Positions 49,188 to 64,000 of a stretch of DNA of 64,000 nt are shown here, one piece after another. Source of the DNA: Piromyces finnis finn (taxonomy: Eukaryota; Fungi; Neocallimastigomycota); NCBI GenBank assembly GCA_002104945.1, contig MCFH01000005.1, forward strand, positions 434,001-498,000, in the 5' to 3' direction. A program made the translations under genes and the position numbers. Under the pieces are notes generated by a model. The model was not told the DNA's origin and ran no database searches. It saw only the letters and a program-made list of their open reading frames with translations. Numbering within the stretch: position 1 is the first letter of the stretch; each line of letters begins with the position of its first letter.

Positions 49188-49274
49188 ATTGGGTATAATG
49201 TATTCTAGTAGTTTTAATTAAAGTAAGAAAGCCACTATTATACTAAAGTATAATAATTGTATTTGACTTCCAAT
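49188..49274 (-). mobile_element. Isolated 87-bp fragment of the family-A 3' UTR at the outer 5' junction of array 2
   Basis: attgggtataatg..gacttccaat matches about 23203-23289. Confidence 0.88.
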
Positions 49275-49730
49275 ATTTTCTTTTAAATCATTCCTTTATT
49301 ATTGCTATTATTATTAATATTAAAGTTATAATTAGTTTCTTTTTACCTTTGCCATCTTAATTTTTACCAATAAAATTTTAAAAATATATAATTTTTCAAT
49401 TAAATAATGGTTAAAAATAATTTACTTAATATTATATATAAATCTTTAACAATATAAATATTTCCTTAATTTTTCTACTCCTTTTATCAAAATAAAAATA
49501 ATTTAATTTAAAAATGATTTTTTCATGCCTTTAATTTATAATTAATACTTTATTTATTTGTTCTTTATTAATTTTTTTTCTTATTTTAAATTATATTTTT
49601 TACTTATATTTTTTTTATTTATTAATTTTATGTTTCAATATATACATAACATTATTTGTTAAATTCAAATAATTTTATTATATATATATTATTATATACA
49701 TATATTATGTATTATTGTTTTCTATCTCAT

Positions 49731-52457
49731 TTAACAGCTACTCTTAATACCACACCATTCACCATTCATAATACCCCATTTACCATCATTATCAGTGTAG
49801 ACAACATTACAAGTATCACAACATTGATAACCAGAGTTCATACCAGTACAGGTAACAGCACTGCTACCACCGCATTTTGATTCCTTAATAAGACACCAAT
49901 TACCATTTTCAACACCCCATTTACCATCATTGTCAACATAGACTGATTCACATCCACTACAGCAGGCGTAATCACCGCACTTTTCTTCTTGTTGTTGTTG
50001 TTGTTGTCCTCCACCAATACCACACCATTGGCCATTTTCAATACCCCATTGACCATCATTATCAGTGTAAACTACTTCGGTACCGACACTACAGCAAGCA
50101 TAACCCATAGACTTTGCAAAGCAAGATGAACTAGATGTTGGTTCACTCTTTTTGGTTGTGGTAGTAGTCTTCTTAATAGTAGTTTTTGGAGTAGTGTTAC
50201 TTCCTCCACAAAGGAAAGCTGGCCAGCATTCAGATTGTTCAAATAATGGAGTAGTATTACCAACACCACCAGAACCAGTAACCTTGTATCTACGACCATT
50301 TTCTGGTCTGTAAACTGGTTTGTGAGATGATTGTGGAGCGTGCCATCCATCACACATAACAACAGATTCATTAATGGTAAGTGGATCTTGTCCATTACTA
50401 CCTTGATACTTAATAATTTGTGGAGTACCCTTACCATCTAAGAAGTTAGATTCACGACGGTTACAGATAATGTAATCTGGACCAGATTGATGCATAATAC
50501 AATCATGAACAGCTTCAATCTTGTAATCAGTAGTAAATTCAATACACCATGAACTACACATCATATTAGAACCAGTAGAAATTTCAATAGTCTTTTCAGT
50601 AACTTCAACCTTAACATCTGGAGTATCGGCCTTCTTTGGGAAAGATCTGTCATGAATCTTAACACTATCTGGATCTGGTTTATTGAAACCTTCCTTTACG
50701 AGGAAAGCAAGATTCATTTGGAAAGCAGCATTGTAATCAAGTGCAACTTCGTTCATTTCATAATTCTTTCTAGAATCAGTGTATTCATCATCTGGACCTG
50801 GACCACCAGCTAAAGCACCCCATAAAGTAAAGATGTTGTAATCAGTTGGCTTGGCATTAGTATCTTGAGAATCATAAGTACCAGAAGCACCACGATGGTG
50901 AACGGCCTTTGGTGAGTTGGCTTCAGCACCAACAACGTAATTAATCTTAGCTGGATTATCACCAAGAATATAATCAGTTTGCTTCTTAACAAAATCTACA
51001 TATTTAGAACGCTTAGAATCAGAACTTGGAAGATAGTTAGCATACATAGCAACCATAGCAGCAGCATTTGAAGCATAACGGTTAGAAGCCCACTTAGAAA
51101 GGTTGGCATCATACCATAAACCTCCTGGAGTTTTTGGTTGTGTTAAGACATTATCACAATACCAAGAAGCTTGTTTCATACGCTTTTCATCACCAGTAAT
51201 AATAGCGGCAAGAATATAAGCACCTGGTCTCTTATCATCCCATGAAATTGGACCAGTACATGTACCATAAGCCTTAGTATCTTGTTCACCGTAAGAAGCA
51301 TCAGCAATTTTACTGAATTTATCCATATACTTACTTTCACCAGTAGCTCTGTATAACCATAAAGCACCAAAGGCTAATTCATCATTGTAACCACTCCAGT
51401 TAGAGTAGAAACCTTGAGCATCTGGAACAGCCTTAATGTATTCACCACGGTAAGAATCAGCAAAATCATATATTTCAATAGCATGTTTTAATAAATTAGA
51501 AGAATATGAAGAATCAATATCCTTGAAAAGAATAGAGGCAGCAGCTAAGAAAGAAGCAGTATCACCAGCAACTTCGGAACCTGGAGCAGCAGCAGTAATT
51601 TTGTAAGATGGATGATCATATTGAACATATTCTGGTGGATACCAGAACTATTTTATTTTTTATTTTTATTAAAAAAAATATAATTATTATTAGTAATTAT
51701 ATAAATTTTTTTAATTTATAAAAAACATTTTATATTTATGCCATATATACTTACACCATGATCAGTAGCACCCTTACCTACTTGAACGTAGAGTTCATTC
51801 TTTCTATTTTTCATAAAAATAATATTAATATTTTGTTTACATAATAAATATAATTAATACTTATTTTATTTACCCAGTGTGACACTTGACAAAGTAATCA
51901 GCACCCCAACGAACTGCATCTAATATATAATCCCATTGACCAGCTTCTTTGTAACCATCAGCATAATCAATACCACTCCAAGCAAGAAGAGTTAAGGCAG
52001 CAGCACCTGGGAAGTTGAACTTAACATTATCACCAGCATCATAATCTTTATAAGAATATTTAATTATTAATACATTTTTTAATATCTTATATATCTTATT
52101 AATTTATATTATTATACACTTAAAATACTTACAACCACCGGTAAGATCAACACCTAATATATTTCATTTTATTATTTTTTATTTTATAATTATTAATATC
52201 ACTACCATTTCAAATATTTTAAATTTATAATTTTAATAAAAATTTTCCATTCTTTTAATACCATTATCGGCACCAGCATCAAGTAAACTATCATGTCTCC
52301 AGTAAACTCTGTTATTTTCTGGAAGTTTACCAGAACGTTGAGCTTCATAGAAAAGAAGAGATAATTCAATGTGTCTAGCATAATCTTGAGATTTAGCGAC
52401 AACGGCCATTGGAGCCACCAGGGCTGCAATAGCAGAAACAATTTTTTGGAATTTCAT
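49731..52457 (-). CDS. Secreted GH9 endoglucanase, about 784 aa, 4 introns, with an intervening module and three C-terminal fungal dockerins (Cel9A-like cellulosome subunit)
   Basis: Exons 52457-52262, 52153-52133, 52045-51874, 51803-51755 and 51647-49731 sum to 2355 nt in frame. Motifs: [50 protein letters not shown]. Confidence 0.95.
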
Positions 52458-55085
52458 TTTTTAAAAAAAAATTATTAAAATATTTCTTTATATCGAATTA
52501 TTTATAATGTTTTGTTTTGTTATGTTAATTGAATTTTTGCTCAGTAATATTTTTCGACTTGCGAAAAATTTAGTTAACTTTACAAAAAAATTTTTTAAAA
52601 CTAAAAAATTTTGAAAAAGGAAAAGAAAAAAAGTCAAATATAAATACGAAAAAAAAATAAATATATAAGTATATATTACTAATATACAATAATACTAATA
52701 TATTATAAAAAAAGGTTCATTTATTAATATAAATAGTTTAATTATTATCATGAAACTATAATTATTAGTATTATTTTATATCATGGATTAATATTAAATA
52801 TTAAAGGATTTATTTAATATTAATTAAGGAGCTTATTAACTATATATACAAATATAGTTTTTTGTTTTTTAATTAAAGTATTTTAAAAACTTAAAACATT
52901 ATATATTATAGTGTATTATAATATATTAAATATATGCTTAATAAATTAATATTAATATAAAAATTTCAATATTGGTATTATGTTTATTAAAATATATTAT
53001 TAATTAAACTTTACTATCAATTCAATTAATTATTAATTAAGTTAACAAATAAATTAAATGGAAGATTAAAAGAAGTAATATTTCTTTTAAAAATATAAAA
53101 AACAATATAAATATATAAATATGAAACCAAATTTATATTTAATATATAGGTAAAATATATTAGTATTATTTTTACTTGATAAAAATTTTATTGGTAAATT
53201 TATCATATATATACATTATACATTTCACTAGATATATTAATAATGGTAAATTTTCCCAAGTTTCCTCCTAATACACAAGGGTTATATATACGATCCTTTA
53301 TATTTTAATATATCACATTACTAATTTAAAATATATAAATAAAACATAAATATAATATAAAATTTACCAATAATAAAATTGAAAAATTTTTATAATTTTT
53401 TTGTATGAAACTGATGATTTTCTATTTAAATTTTAAATTATTTCATCTCTTTTTTTTAAAAAAATATTAAAAACTTTATTTAATATAGAAATATAGACTG
53501 TTTTGAAACAATTAATATTATATGTATTTAATATAAAGATTATTAATATTTTTATCTTATCATAAAGAAAAAAATAGTAATATGTATCTTATATTTATAA
53601 TATACGTTATTTCAAAAATAAAGGAAAAGCATATTTATAATTAACTAACAAATATTTAATTGTTTTGCTATAATAAATGTAATAACCTGGAATATAAAAT
53701 AAATATTTGAATTAAATAAAAAAATTACTCTTTTGATATGAATAATATTTTAAATAACACAATAAATTTAAAATCTTTTTGTTATTTATAATTTATCCAT
53801 AAATAGTAATATCTAATTATATTAAAAACGTTATTTTTTTATAATGAGACTAAATACATAAAATTTATATGTATATTATTTAAACAAAAATTATATATTA
53901 TTTATATAATTAATTTTTATATTTTTTAAAGTTTGTAAAAACTTTCAAAAATATAAAAAGTAACTATAAATTTATATAATTAGTATTGATGTGTTTAATT
54001 TATATAAAATTGACTCTAATATTAAATATTTTTTATTTGGTTTTATTACTCATAATCTTAAACATTATAATACTAGAAATGTATCAGTCTTTAGTTATTC
54101 TAATGTCATACTAAAACAACTATTAATTGTATCATAAAATATAATAATAATCAAGGGTGGTTATATCTTTTTTAATATATAAATATAGCGTTACAATTAT
54201 AGAAATATAAAATATAGAAGTTTCAAAAAAACTTTTGAATAATATTAATAATAAAGTTAGTGTCATAATTCTATTTTCTGGTTTGTAATACCAAAACCTT
54301 ATAATTTTCCTATTTATTAAATATCAATATGATATTTTGTGGCTTATTAATTATCCGTTTTAAACCAAAATTGAATGAATAATCTTGTTTAATTATTTTA
54401 TTAATATAGTTTGTATTACAACTATTGGATAAATTATTTTTTTTTATTAAATTTAAATATTAATATATTACCCATTTATATATAATAATAAGGAATTTGA
54501 TATTTCATATTATTTCAAAATTAAACAGAAAATCTGTTAATCATAATAAACATTTTAGAATTTTTTACCAGATTTTATATTTTTTTTACTCAAAATAATG
54601 GTTATATTATTTTCAATTATTAATAATAAACCTGAAAATAGATCATTTTATTCTAATTTAAAGTCGTATATATTTTTTTTGAAGAAATTGTGATAAATTA
54701 TACTTAAAAAAACATAAGATAAGTGATTATAATTCCCTATATTATTATTATATAGTAATCTTTTATATATATAAAAGAAATATTGAAATCTTTGGAATTA
54801 ATATAAAATACATTTTAAACTCATTTATTTTTAATATTTTTTCTATCAGTTTAATTATTATTAAGCTTATGAATTAAAATTATAACAATATATTTTAAAT
54901 TAATATAAAATATTTTTTCATTGATATACATAAAATATAAAATACATTTTAATTTTCTTTATTAATGAAATTATTCATACTTGTTATTAATATTTTATAA
55001 TGATATACAATAAAAAAAACATTATATTAACAAATTATTTGTTATTTGATTATGTAATTAAATACTTTTTTTTAATAAATATCTC

Positions 55086-55129
<44 letters not shown>

Positions 55130-55281
55130 TATAATAATTATAATAAAGTTTTTTTAATTAGTTTTTTTTTATTTATTTTTTATTTTATTATTTTATATAT
55201 ATATTATTATTTATTAAAAAAAATTATTTGTAACAAAACTTTTAAAAAATTATTCCCATTACACAATTACTTTATTAATGA

Positions 55282-55282
<1 letters not shown>

Positions 55283-55355
<73 letters not shown>
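55283..55355. repeat. (ATT)n microsatellite, about 24 units; poly(A)/(TA)n tract nearby at about 55087-55132
   Basis: Seen directly in the sequence. Confidence 0.95.
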
Positions 55356-55357
<2 letters not shown>

Positions 55358-55532
55358 ATAGTTTCACAATTTAAACTATATTTTCACAAAATTTAACTTT
55401 TAGATATCATTATATCTTATTATAATAGTATTAAGATAACATAATTTAATTGTAGAATTTCATTCTTAAAAATGAAGATTATTATTTCTATTAAACATTT
55501 ATATTACTATAGGAAAAAAAAAAGTTAAATAT

Positions 55533-56534
55533 TTAACATGGATAGATTTTTTCAGAAAAGAATTCAGCAGAAAGATCAACAATATTATCATCACGTAAAA
55601 TTCTACGATGACCAAGACCTTTTGAAGTATAGAAAGTTGGCTTCTTCTCAGCATCTTCGCTACCAACCTTATAATGTTTATAATGTAAATGTTCACCAAT
55701 AGTCTTACATACATCATAGGATAATTCTTTATCATTTTCATCATGAATAATAAGAATAGGAATCTTAAAGTTTTCAATAATCTTACTCTCGGAAACTTCG
55801 GTAATTTTTATACCATGTAATTTATCATTAACCTCTACAAACGGTTCCCAAGCTCTATTAGATAAACCAATCATATCCATAAAGCGTCTCATAATAAATT
55901 GAAATTCATCTGGACAAGCAATACCAACATAACGCTTAATTAAGCTTCTTTCATATTCTGACGAAATAGCATAGTTTACACAAAATGCTACATTTCCTAA
56001 GGAATGAGCAATAAGATAAACTGGACTATTCAAATAACGAATAAGAGCATTGAGAGTATGTCCAAAAATATGACAACCAGTCTCAGTTCCACCAGTTAAA
56101 CCATGTTGTGGAAAATCTGGAGCTAGTATTCTAAAACCTTGACTTTGATATTTTTTTATGAATTTAAAGAAATTTAAACTTTTACCACCCCAACCATGAA
56201 TACAAATAATAGTTTCTTCACGTTTTGGAACATTTGGATCTGGTAAGTATTCTAAACAAGAAAATGTTTCTGGTAAGTTTGGAATTAAAGTAATTTCAAA
56301 AGGAGTAGATTTATCTTTCATACGCTTATTCATTTCATCAATATGTTCCTTGTATGGAATATTGAGTACGTTGTGTGGAACATTTTTTTCGAATTCAACT
56401 TCCCATTCTGGATCTTTTTTTGGATAAGTTGGTGTAGCAAATAATTGAAGTGCTTTATCTGCTGATGAAATTGGAGCAATAAATGAGGTTACTAATGTTT
56501 TATAATAAAATAAGTTGTAAAGTAATTGACTCAT
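55533..56534 (-). CDS. Alpha/beta hydrolase (esterase/lipase-like), 333 aa, intronless
   Basis: HGWGG oxyanion motif, AHSLG nucleophile elbow, HDENDKE acid, GLGHRRILRD histidine. Confidence 0.92.
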   Translation of the reverse strand: MSQLLYNLFYYKTLVTSFIAPISSADKALQLFATPTYPKKDPEWEVEFEKNVPHNVLNIPYKEHIDEMNKRMKDKSTPFEITLIPNLPETFSCLEYLPDPNVPKREETIICIHGWGGKSLNFFKFIKKYQSQGFRILAPDFPQHGLTGGTETGCHIFGHTLNALIRYLNSPVYLIAHSLGNVAFCVNYAISSEYERSLIKRYVGIACPDEFQFIMRRFMDMIGLSNRAWEPFVEVNDKLHGIKITEVSESKIIENFKIPILIIHDENDKELSYDVCKTIGEHLHYKHYKVGSEDAEKKPTFYTSKGLGHRRILRDDNIVDLSAEFFSEKIYPC

Positions 56535-57892
56535 TTTAGATATAATATAGTATATAGAATTGGAATGAAAATTTAACTATAATTCTAATAAAAATTCATT
56601 TATTTTAAAAATTATATATAAGGTTAGATATATATAAGAAATATCATTATTTTATTAGTTAAAAAATATAATATCAATAAATTAAAATTAATTGTTCAAT
56701 TTTCCCATTAGTATTTTTTTTCTTTCTTTAATTTTTTTTTATTAATAATTTGATAAAATATATTTATATTATTATAATACTTATTCATTTAATAACAATT
56801 ATAATCATTTTACTTATATAAATATATATTATATTAATTAAATACTACTACATAATTATCTATAAAATTATTAGTTGGATTTTATATACATCGATTTAAT
56901 TCCATTTTCATCATAATATCAAAGCAGTTTAGTATCTTTATCAATGTTTATATTAATTTATTCTTTATTAAGTAATAATAAAATAAAACCCTTTTTATCT
57001 TAATAATTATTATTAATCATTAGGTTAAGTTTTCACTGACTTTTGCACTATTTAACATATATTCATTCAACTACTATATTATTAATATAAAATAAGAATA
57101 TATATTTATTTAAATTATTCAATTAATTATTTACCTTTTATTCTATAACTGATAAAATATTTTATACTTAAAATATATAAACAAAAAGTTTTTTTTTTAT
57201 TTATTCATTTTATCTCCATAATTTAATTTTTATTAATTTATAAAAACAACACATAAAATTTTAATAAAAATATTATTAATATATTATATTAATTTAAATT
57301 ATAATTAATGTAATAAAATAATTGGATATGTAATCAAAGATTAAAAAAAATATAAAAGGATGAACCATTTATAATATATTATAATAAATAATTAATATAA
57401 TAAATCTTTTTCTTAATATTTCTATTAGATAAAATATTTTCATTAAAAAAGTATATGAATAAAAAATGAATAATAATTATATAATTTAAATAATAATTTG
57501 TTATTCAGAGTGGTATGGCTATATTAAAAAAAGCACAATTTTAATATTTATAATTACATCTATTAAAATTTATTTATATTATTTACTTTAATACATATTC
57601 TATCCTCCACCTATGATGCTGATTTACAATATTGTATTGTGTGTAGTTTATATTTAATTACTATTATTTTATTGTTATTATTATTATTATTACTATTTTA
57701 TATTATTTTGTATTATTTTATATTATTTTTTGTATTTTTATATTATTTTGTATTATTTTATATTATTTTTTATATTATTATATTATTATGCTTATTAGTA
57801 TAAAAAATATATATGATAATGATATTTTACATATTTATTAATTATTTTATTAATATATAAAAAATTAAATCAATATTATCTTGATTTTGCAC

Positions 57893-58888
57893 TTAATCTT
57901 GAAGTTCAATATTTTCAGAAAAGAATTCCACGATTCTATCAACAATATCATCATCGCGAAGAATTCTACGATGACCAAGACCTTCTGATTCATAAAAGCA
58001 TGGTTTTATTTCATTATTAACTTTATAGTTTTTATGTGGTAATAAACTAGCAGAATTTGATGCTTTATTAAAATCTAATTCTTTGTCGTTTTTATCATGA
58101 ATAATTAATGTTGGAATACTATAATTATTTATAATTTCACCAAATACCATTTTACTAATATCAAAACCTAGATTTTTGTTATTTTCAGCAAGAAAATATG
58201 GATGGCATCTGTTTGCAATACCAATCATATTCTCAAAAATTTCGACAATATCAGTAAATTTATCAGGTATAGCAATACCAGCATAACGTTTAACAAGTTT
58301 CTTTTCAACTTCATTACTAAGACCATAATTAATACAGAAACCACCATTACCTAAGGAATGAGCTAATATATATACTGGAGCATTAACATAACGAATAAGG
58401 GCATTAATACTATGACCAAAAACATGACAACCACTTTCTTCACCTAGTGTTTTACCATGTCTAGGAAAATCAGGTGTTAAAACTCTAAATCCCTTAGCCT
58501 GGAATTTTGGAATAAATTTGAAGTAATTAAAACCTCTACCATCCCAACCATGAACACAAATTATAGTTTCTTGGCGTTTTGGAACATCAGGATTAGGTAA
58601 ATACTCCAAAACGGTAAGTTCTTCTGGGAAATTTGGAATTCTAGTAACTTCAAAAGCGGTTGAATTCTTTACCATTCTTTCTTTAATTGTATCGATATGT
58701 TCAGAGTATGGTATTTTAATAATGTTAAATTCATGTTCTTTTTCAAATTCTTTTTCCCATTCTGGAACCTTTGGTGGTAATTTTGGAGTTTCAAATAATT
58801 TATATGCTGTTACAGCAAATGATTGTGGAGCAACAAACGAAGTAATTAAATTTTTATAATAAAAAAGATTATATATTAATTTATCCAT
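57893..58888 (-). CDS. Alpha/beta hydrolase, tandem paralog, 331 aa, intronless
   Basis: HGWDG, AHSLG, HDKNDKE and GLGHRRILRD; collinear with 55533-56534. Confidence 0.92.
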   Translation of the reverse strand: MDKLIYNLFYYKNLITSFVAPQSFAVTAYKLFETPKLPPKVPEWEKEFEKEHEFNIIKIPYSEHIDTIKERMVKNSTAFEVTRIPNFPEELTVLEYLPNPDVPKRQETIICVHGWDGRGFNYFKFIPKFQAKGFRVLTPDFPRHGKTLGEESGCHVFGHSINALIRYVNAPVYILAHSLGNGGFCINYGLSNEVEKKLVKRYAGIAIPDKFTDIVEIFENMIGIANRCHPYFLAENNKNLGFDISKMVFGEIINNYSIPTLIIHDKNDKELDFNKASNSASLLPHKNYKVNNEIKPCFYESEGLGHRRILRDDDIVDRIVEFFSENIELQD

Positions 58889-61537
58889 ATTATTTCTTTT
58901 AAATAATAAAAATCGAAATTCTTATATACTATGAATATAATTAGACTGATGTTTCAATGAATATATGTTTAATTTTAATTGATTTAAATTTATATTGATT
59001 GTTAAATTTTGGGGGGGAAATAAATAAATAAATTTTATTTATAATTTGAGCATTTAATTTTAAATTAATAAATTATAAAACGGGAATAAAAATAATAGAA
59101 TAATAAAAAATATTAATGATTTATATATTATTAAATTATTATATGATAGTTTTATCACTAACAATAGAATATTAATTATATCTATAAAAATATTTACCTT
59201 AATTATTTAATTTCATAACTTTTAGAAGATATATTATAACAAAAATTAAGTTTAAATAAATATATAATATAATAAATATGCTATATATATTTAAAAAAAA
59301 AAATACATAAATGCATATATTTAAAATAATACAAATAAGGTGATTTTTTATGGAGAAAAATAATAAAAAAAAACATAAATTTAGATTTTCATTGGTGATA
59401 TGAAATTAATATGTCTAGCTACATATTAGCCAATATTTAAAATAATTTTTATTATTTAAAATATTCAATTTCATCTTTAAAAATTTATATATAATATTTC
59501 ATAATAATAATATAATAATTGATATATATTATAATACATTATTTATATATTAGTTATAGAATTCATGTACATATTTCATTATATTCTTAAATATTAATAT
59601 TATATATTAGTATTAATTTTATTGTAATACTTATTTGTATTACATTACCTTTCCTTATATAGTAATATTTCATATAAAATGTAAAATATATTATACTATA
59701 TCCTATTTAATTATTATTCATATATTATGAATACATTACATTATATAATTGATATTCAATTATATTATAGGAATTTTATAATATAAAAATATTCATGTAA
59801 AAATAATTAATAATTAGAAAGAGAAGAGCTTTAATAATTAATAAGAAAATATTATAAGTGAAATTATTAATAAGAGAGAAGTTAATAGTAATAAAATATT
59901 TTTCACCTAATATAATAAATTATAAATAAACTAATATTAAATTACTACAAGATAAAAGAAACTTATATCATTGGAATAGTCACATGATATGATAACATAA
60001 AATAAAATTATATATCCACAAAAAATATTAATTATTTACATAACAAAAAGCTTGATATTATATTATTAATTTAAATTAAGTGTGCAACTTATAAAGCATT
60101 AAATATATAATAAAATAAAAATATTATAAAAAAAAAAAAAGCCTTCATATATAAATGTTGTTGTATTATGAAGATTTATCTTTTCTTTTAAATATTAAAA
60201 TGGATTTACAGCATTATTTATATTTAATATTCTTTTTAATTATTTAATAAACTAAAAAGCAAAATATTCACTTTTATCTAAAATTTATATTATTAGTCAA
60301 AATATGTAATATTTATACGCTGCTTATTAAACATTCAATTCACTTTATTCTTCAATATTGTTAATTCAAAGCATTTTTTTTAGTAAATTTTTATTTCCTT
60401 ACAACAATAAGAAAGAATTCTTAAATAAATATATGATATATATGATTAAAAAAAATATTTACGGCCTTTTTCTTTAATATTTCACGTTTTATTTATGGTA
60501 TAAAAACATTATTTTTAATATTTTTTATTAATTTAATGTATAATATTATAGTAATAATTAAGATTTAAAAAATTTTTATTAGTATTGAAAAATATTAATA
60601 AATAAAGTTGATTTTAATATATGCTAAAAATGATATGCATTAATATATAATATATTAATATAACTTTATTTGCTAATAATTTTTTATATATATTGTTATA
60701 TATTGTTTAATAATAATATCACAATATAATATGACCTTCTAATGTATCATAATAATATTATTTCTATTTTTATTGCATATTACAAAAGTTATGTATATAT
60801 ATATACATATAAATTGACTAAGTATTAACTAATATTAATTGAAATACAATTGTATATATAATGACTTACATATATTTAATATATTATGTTTTACAATAAG
60901 TAAAATATAATGTTATATACCAAAAAATTAAATATAACTTTCAAATAATACAGTTCTTTCATGAAGAAATTTTTCAAAATTTTATTATATTAAGTATATA
61001 AAACATCTCACTACACATTCTAATTGGGAGTAGCAATATAAAGTATCTCTTACTTAATTATCACTATCCATTTTTAATAATCTTTTAAGTTATTTATTAA
61101 AATAAAATATTTTTTTCCCCTTTCAAAAAAATAATTTAATTTTTGCTTTTATAAGAAATTAACAACTTAAACTTTGTTTTTAATAATTTATTTAAAATGC
61201 TATATATGAATAATTATTCATCATTAATTTATATTTAATATTTTAGTACTACTCATATTTTTTAATATAAGTTTAATAATTAAAATTAATATAAATAAAA
61301 AATAATAATCCCAGCTTTATAATATTTAAAAATCAAATTTATTATTATTATAATTATTATTCAATTATTTAATAAAATAATTTATTAAATATTATAAAAA
61401 ATTTTATAGAATAATAATTTTTAGTTTATTTTTTAAAGATTTATAAAATAGTTTTAAACAATTTGTTCGCAAGCGGGCAATAAAAGATAAATAATTGAAT
61501 ATAAGTAAAATTATTTTTGTAATTCATTAAATAATAA

Positions 61538-64000
<2,463 letters not shown>

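Noticed and set aside
36225-49274. Tandem LINE copies as an assembly artefact
   Set aside because: Copies differ by many substitutions, distinct lesions, tail lengths and a TSD, which is unlike read duplication. Long-read confirmation is still advisable.

Overview
Very AT-rich eukaryotic genomic DNA with short GT-AG introns and fungal-dockerin (CBM10) cellulases, almost certainly from an anaerobic gut fungus (Neocallimastigomycota; inferred from composition and gene content). Host genes: the 3' end of importin beta, two near-identical intronless dockerin-GH6 cellulases, two divergently oriented intron-containing GH9 cellulases, and two tandem intronless alpha/beta hydrolases. Roughly half of the window is non-LTR (LINE) retrotransposon DNA from two related APE-RT families, here called A and B. 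It forms two co-oriented head-to-tail arrays (about 13.2-28.8 kb and 36.2-49.3 kb) that run from oldest at left to intact at right. Four of five family-A poly(A) ends abut a structured ~124-bp 5'-repeat motif, and one junction has a 14-bp target-site duplication (TSD) indicating insertion into the 5' repeat of an earlier copy. Other highlights: a tRNA-Ala-like SINE with a LINE-derived tail, a canonical spliceosomal-intron signature in the LINE 5' UTR, and a 2-nt micro-exon needed to keep the second GH9 gene in frame. All coordinates were read by eye and may be off by a few bases. No database search was run.
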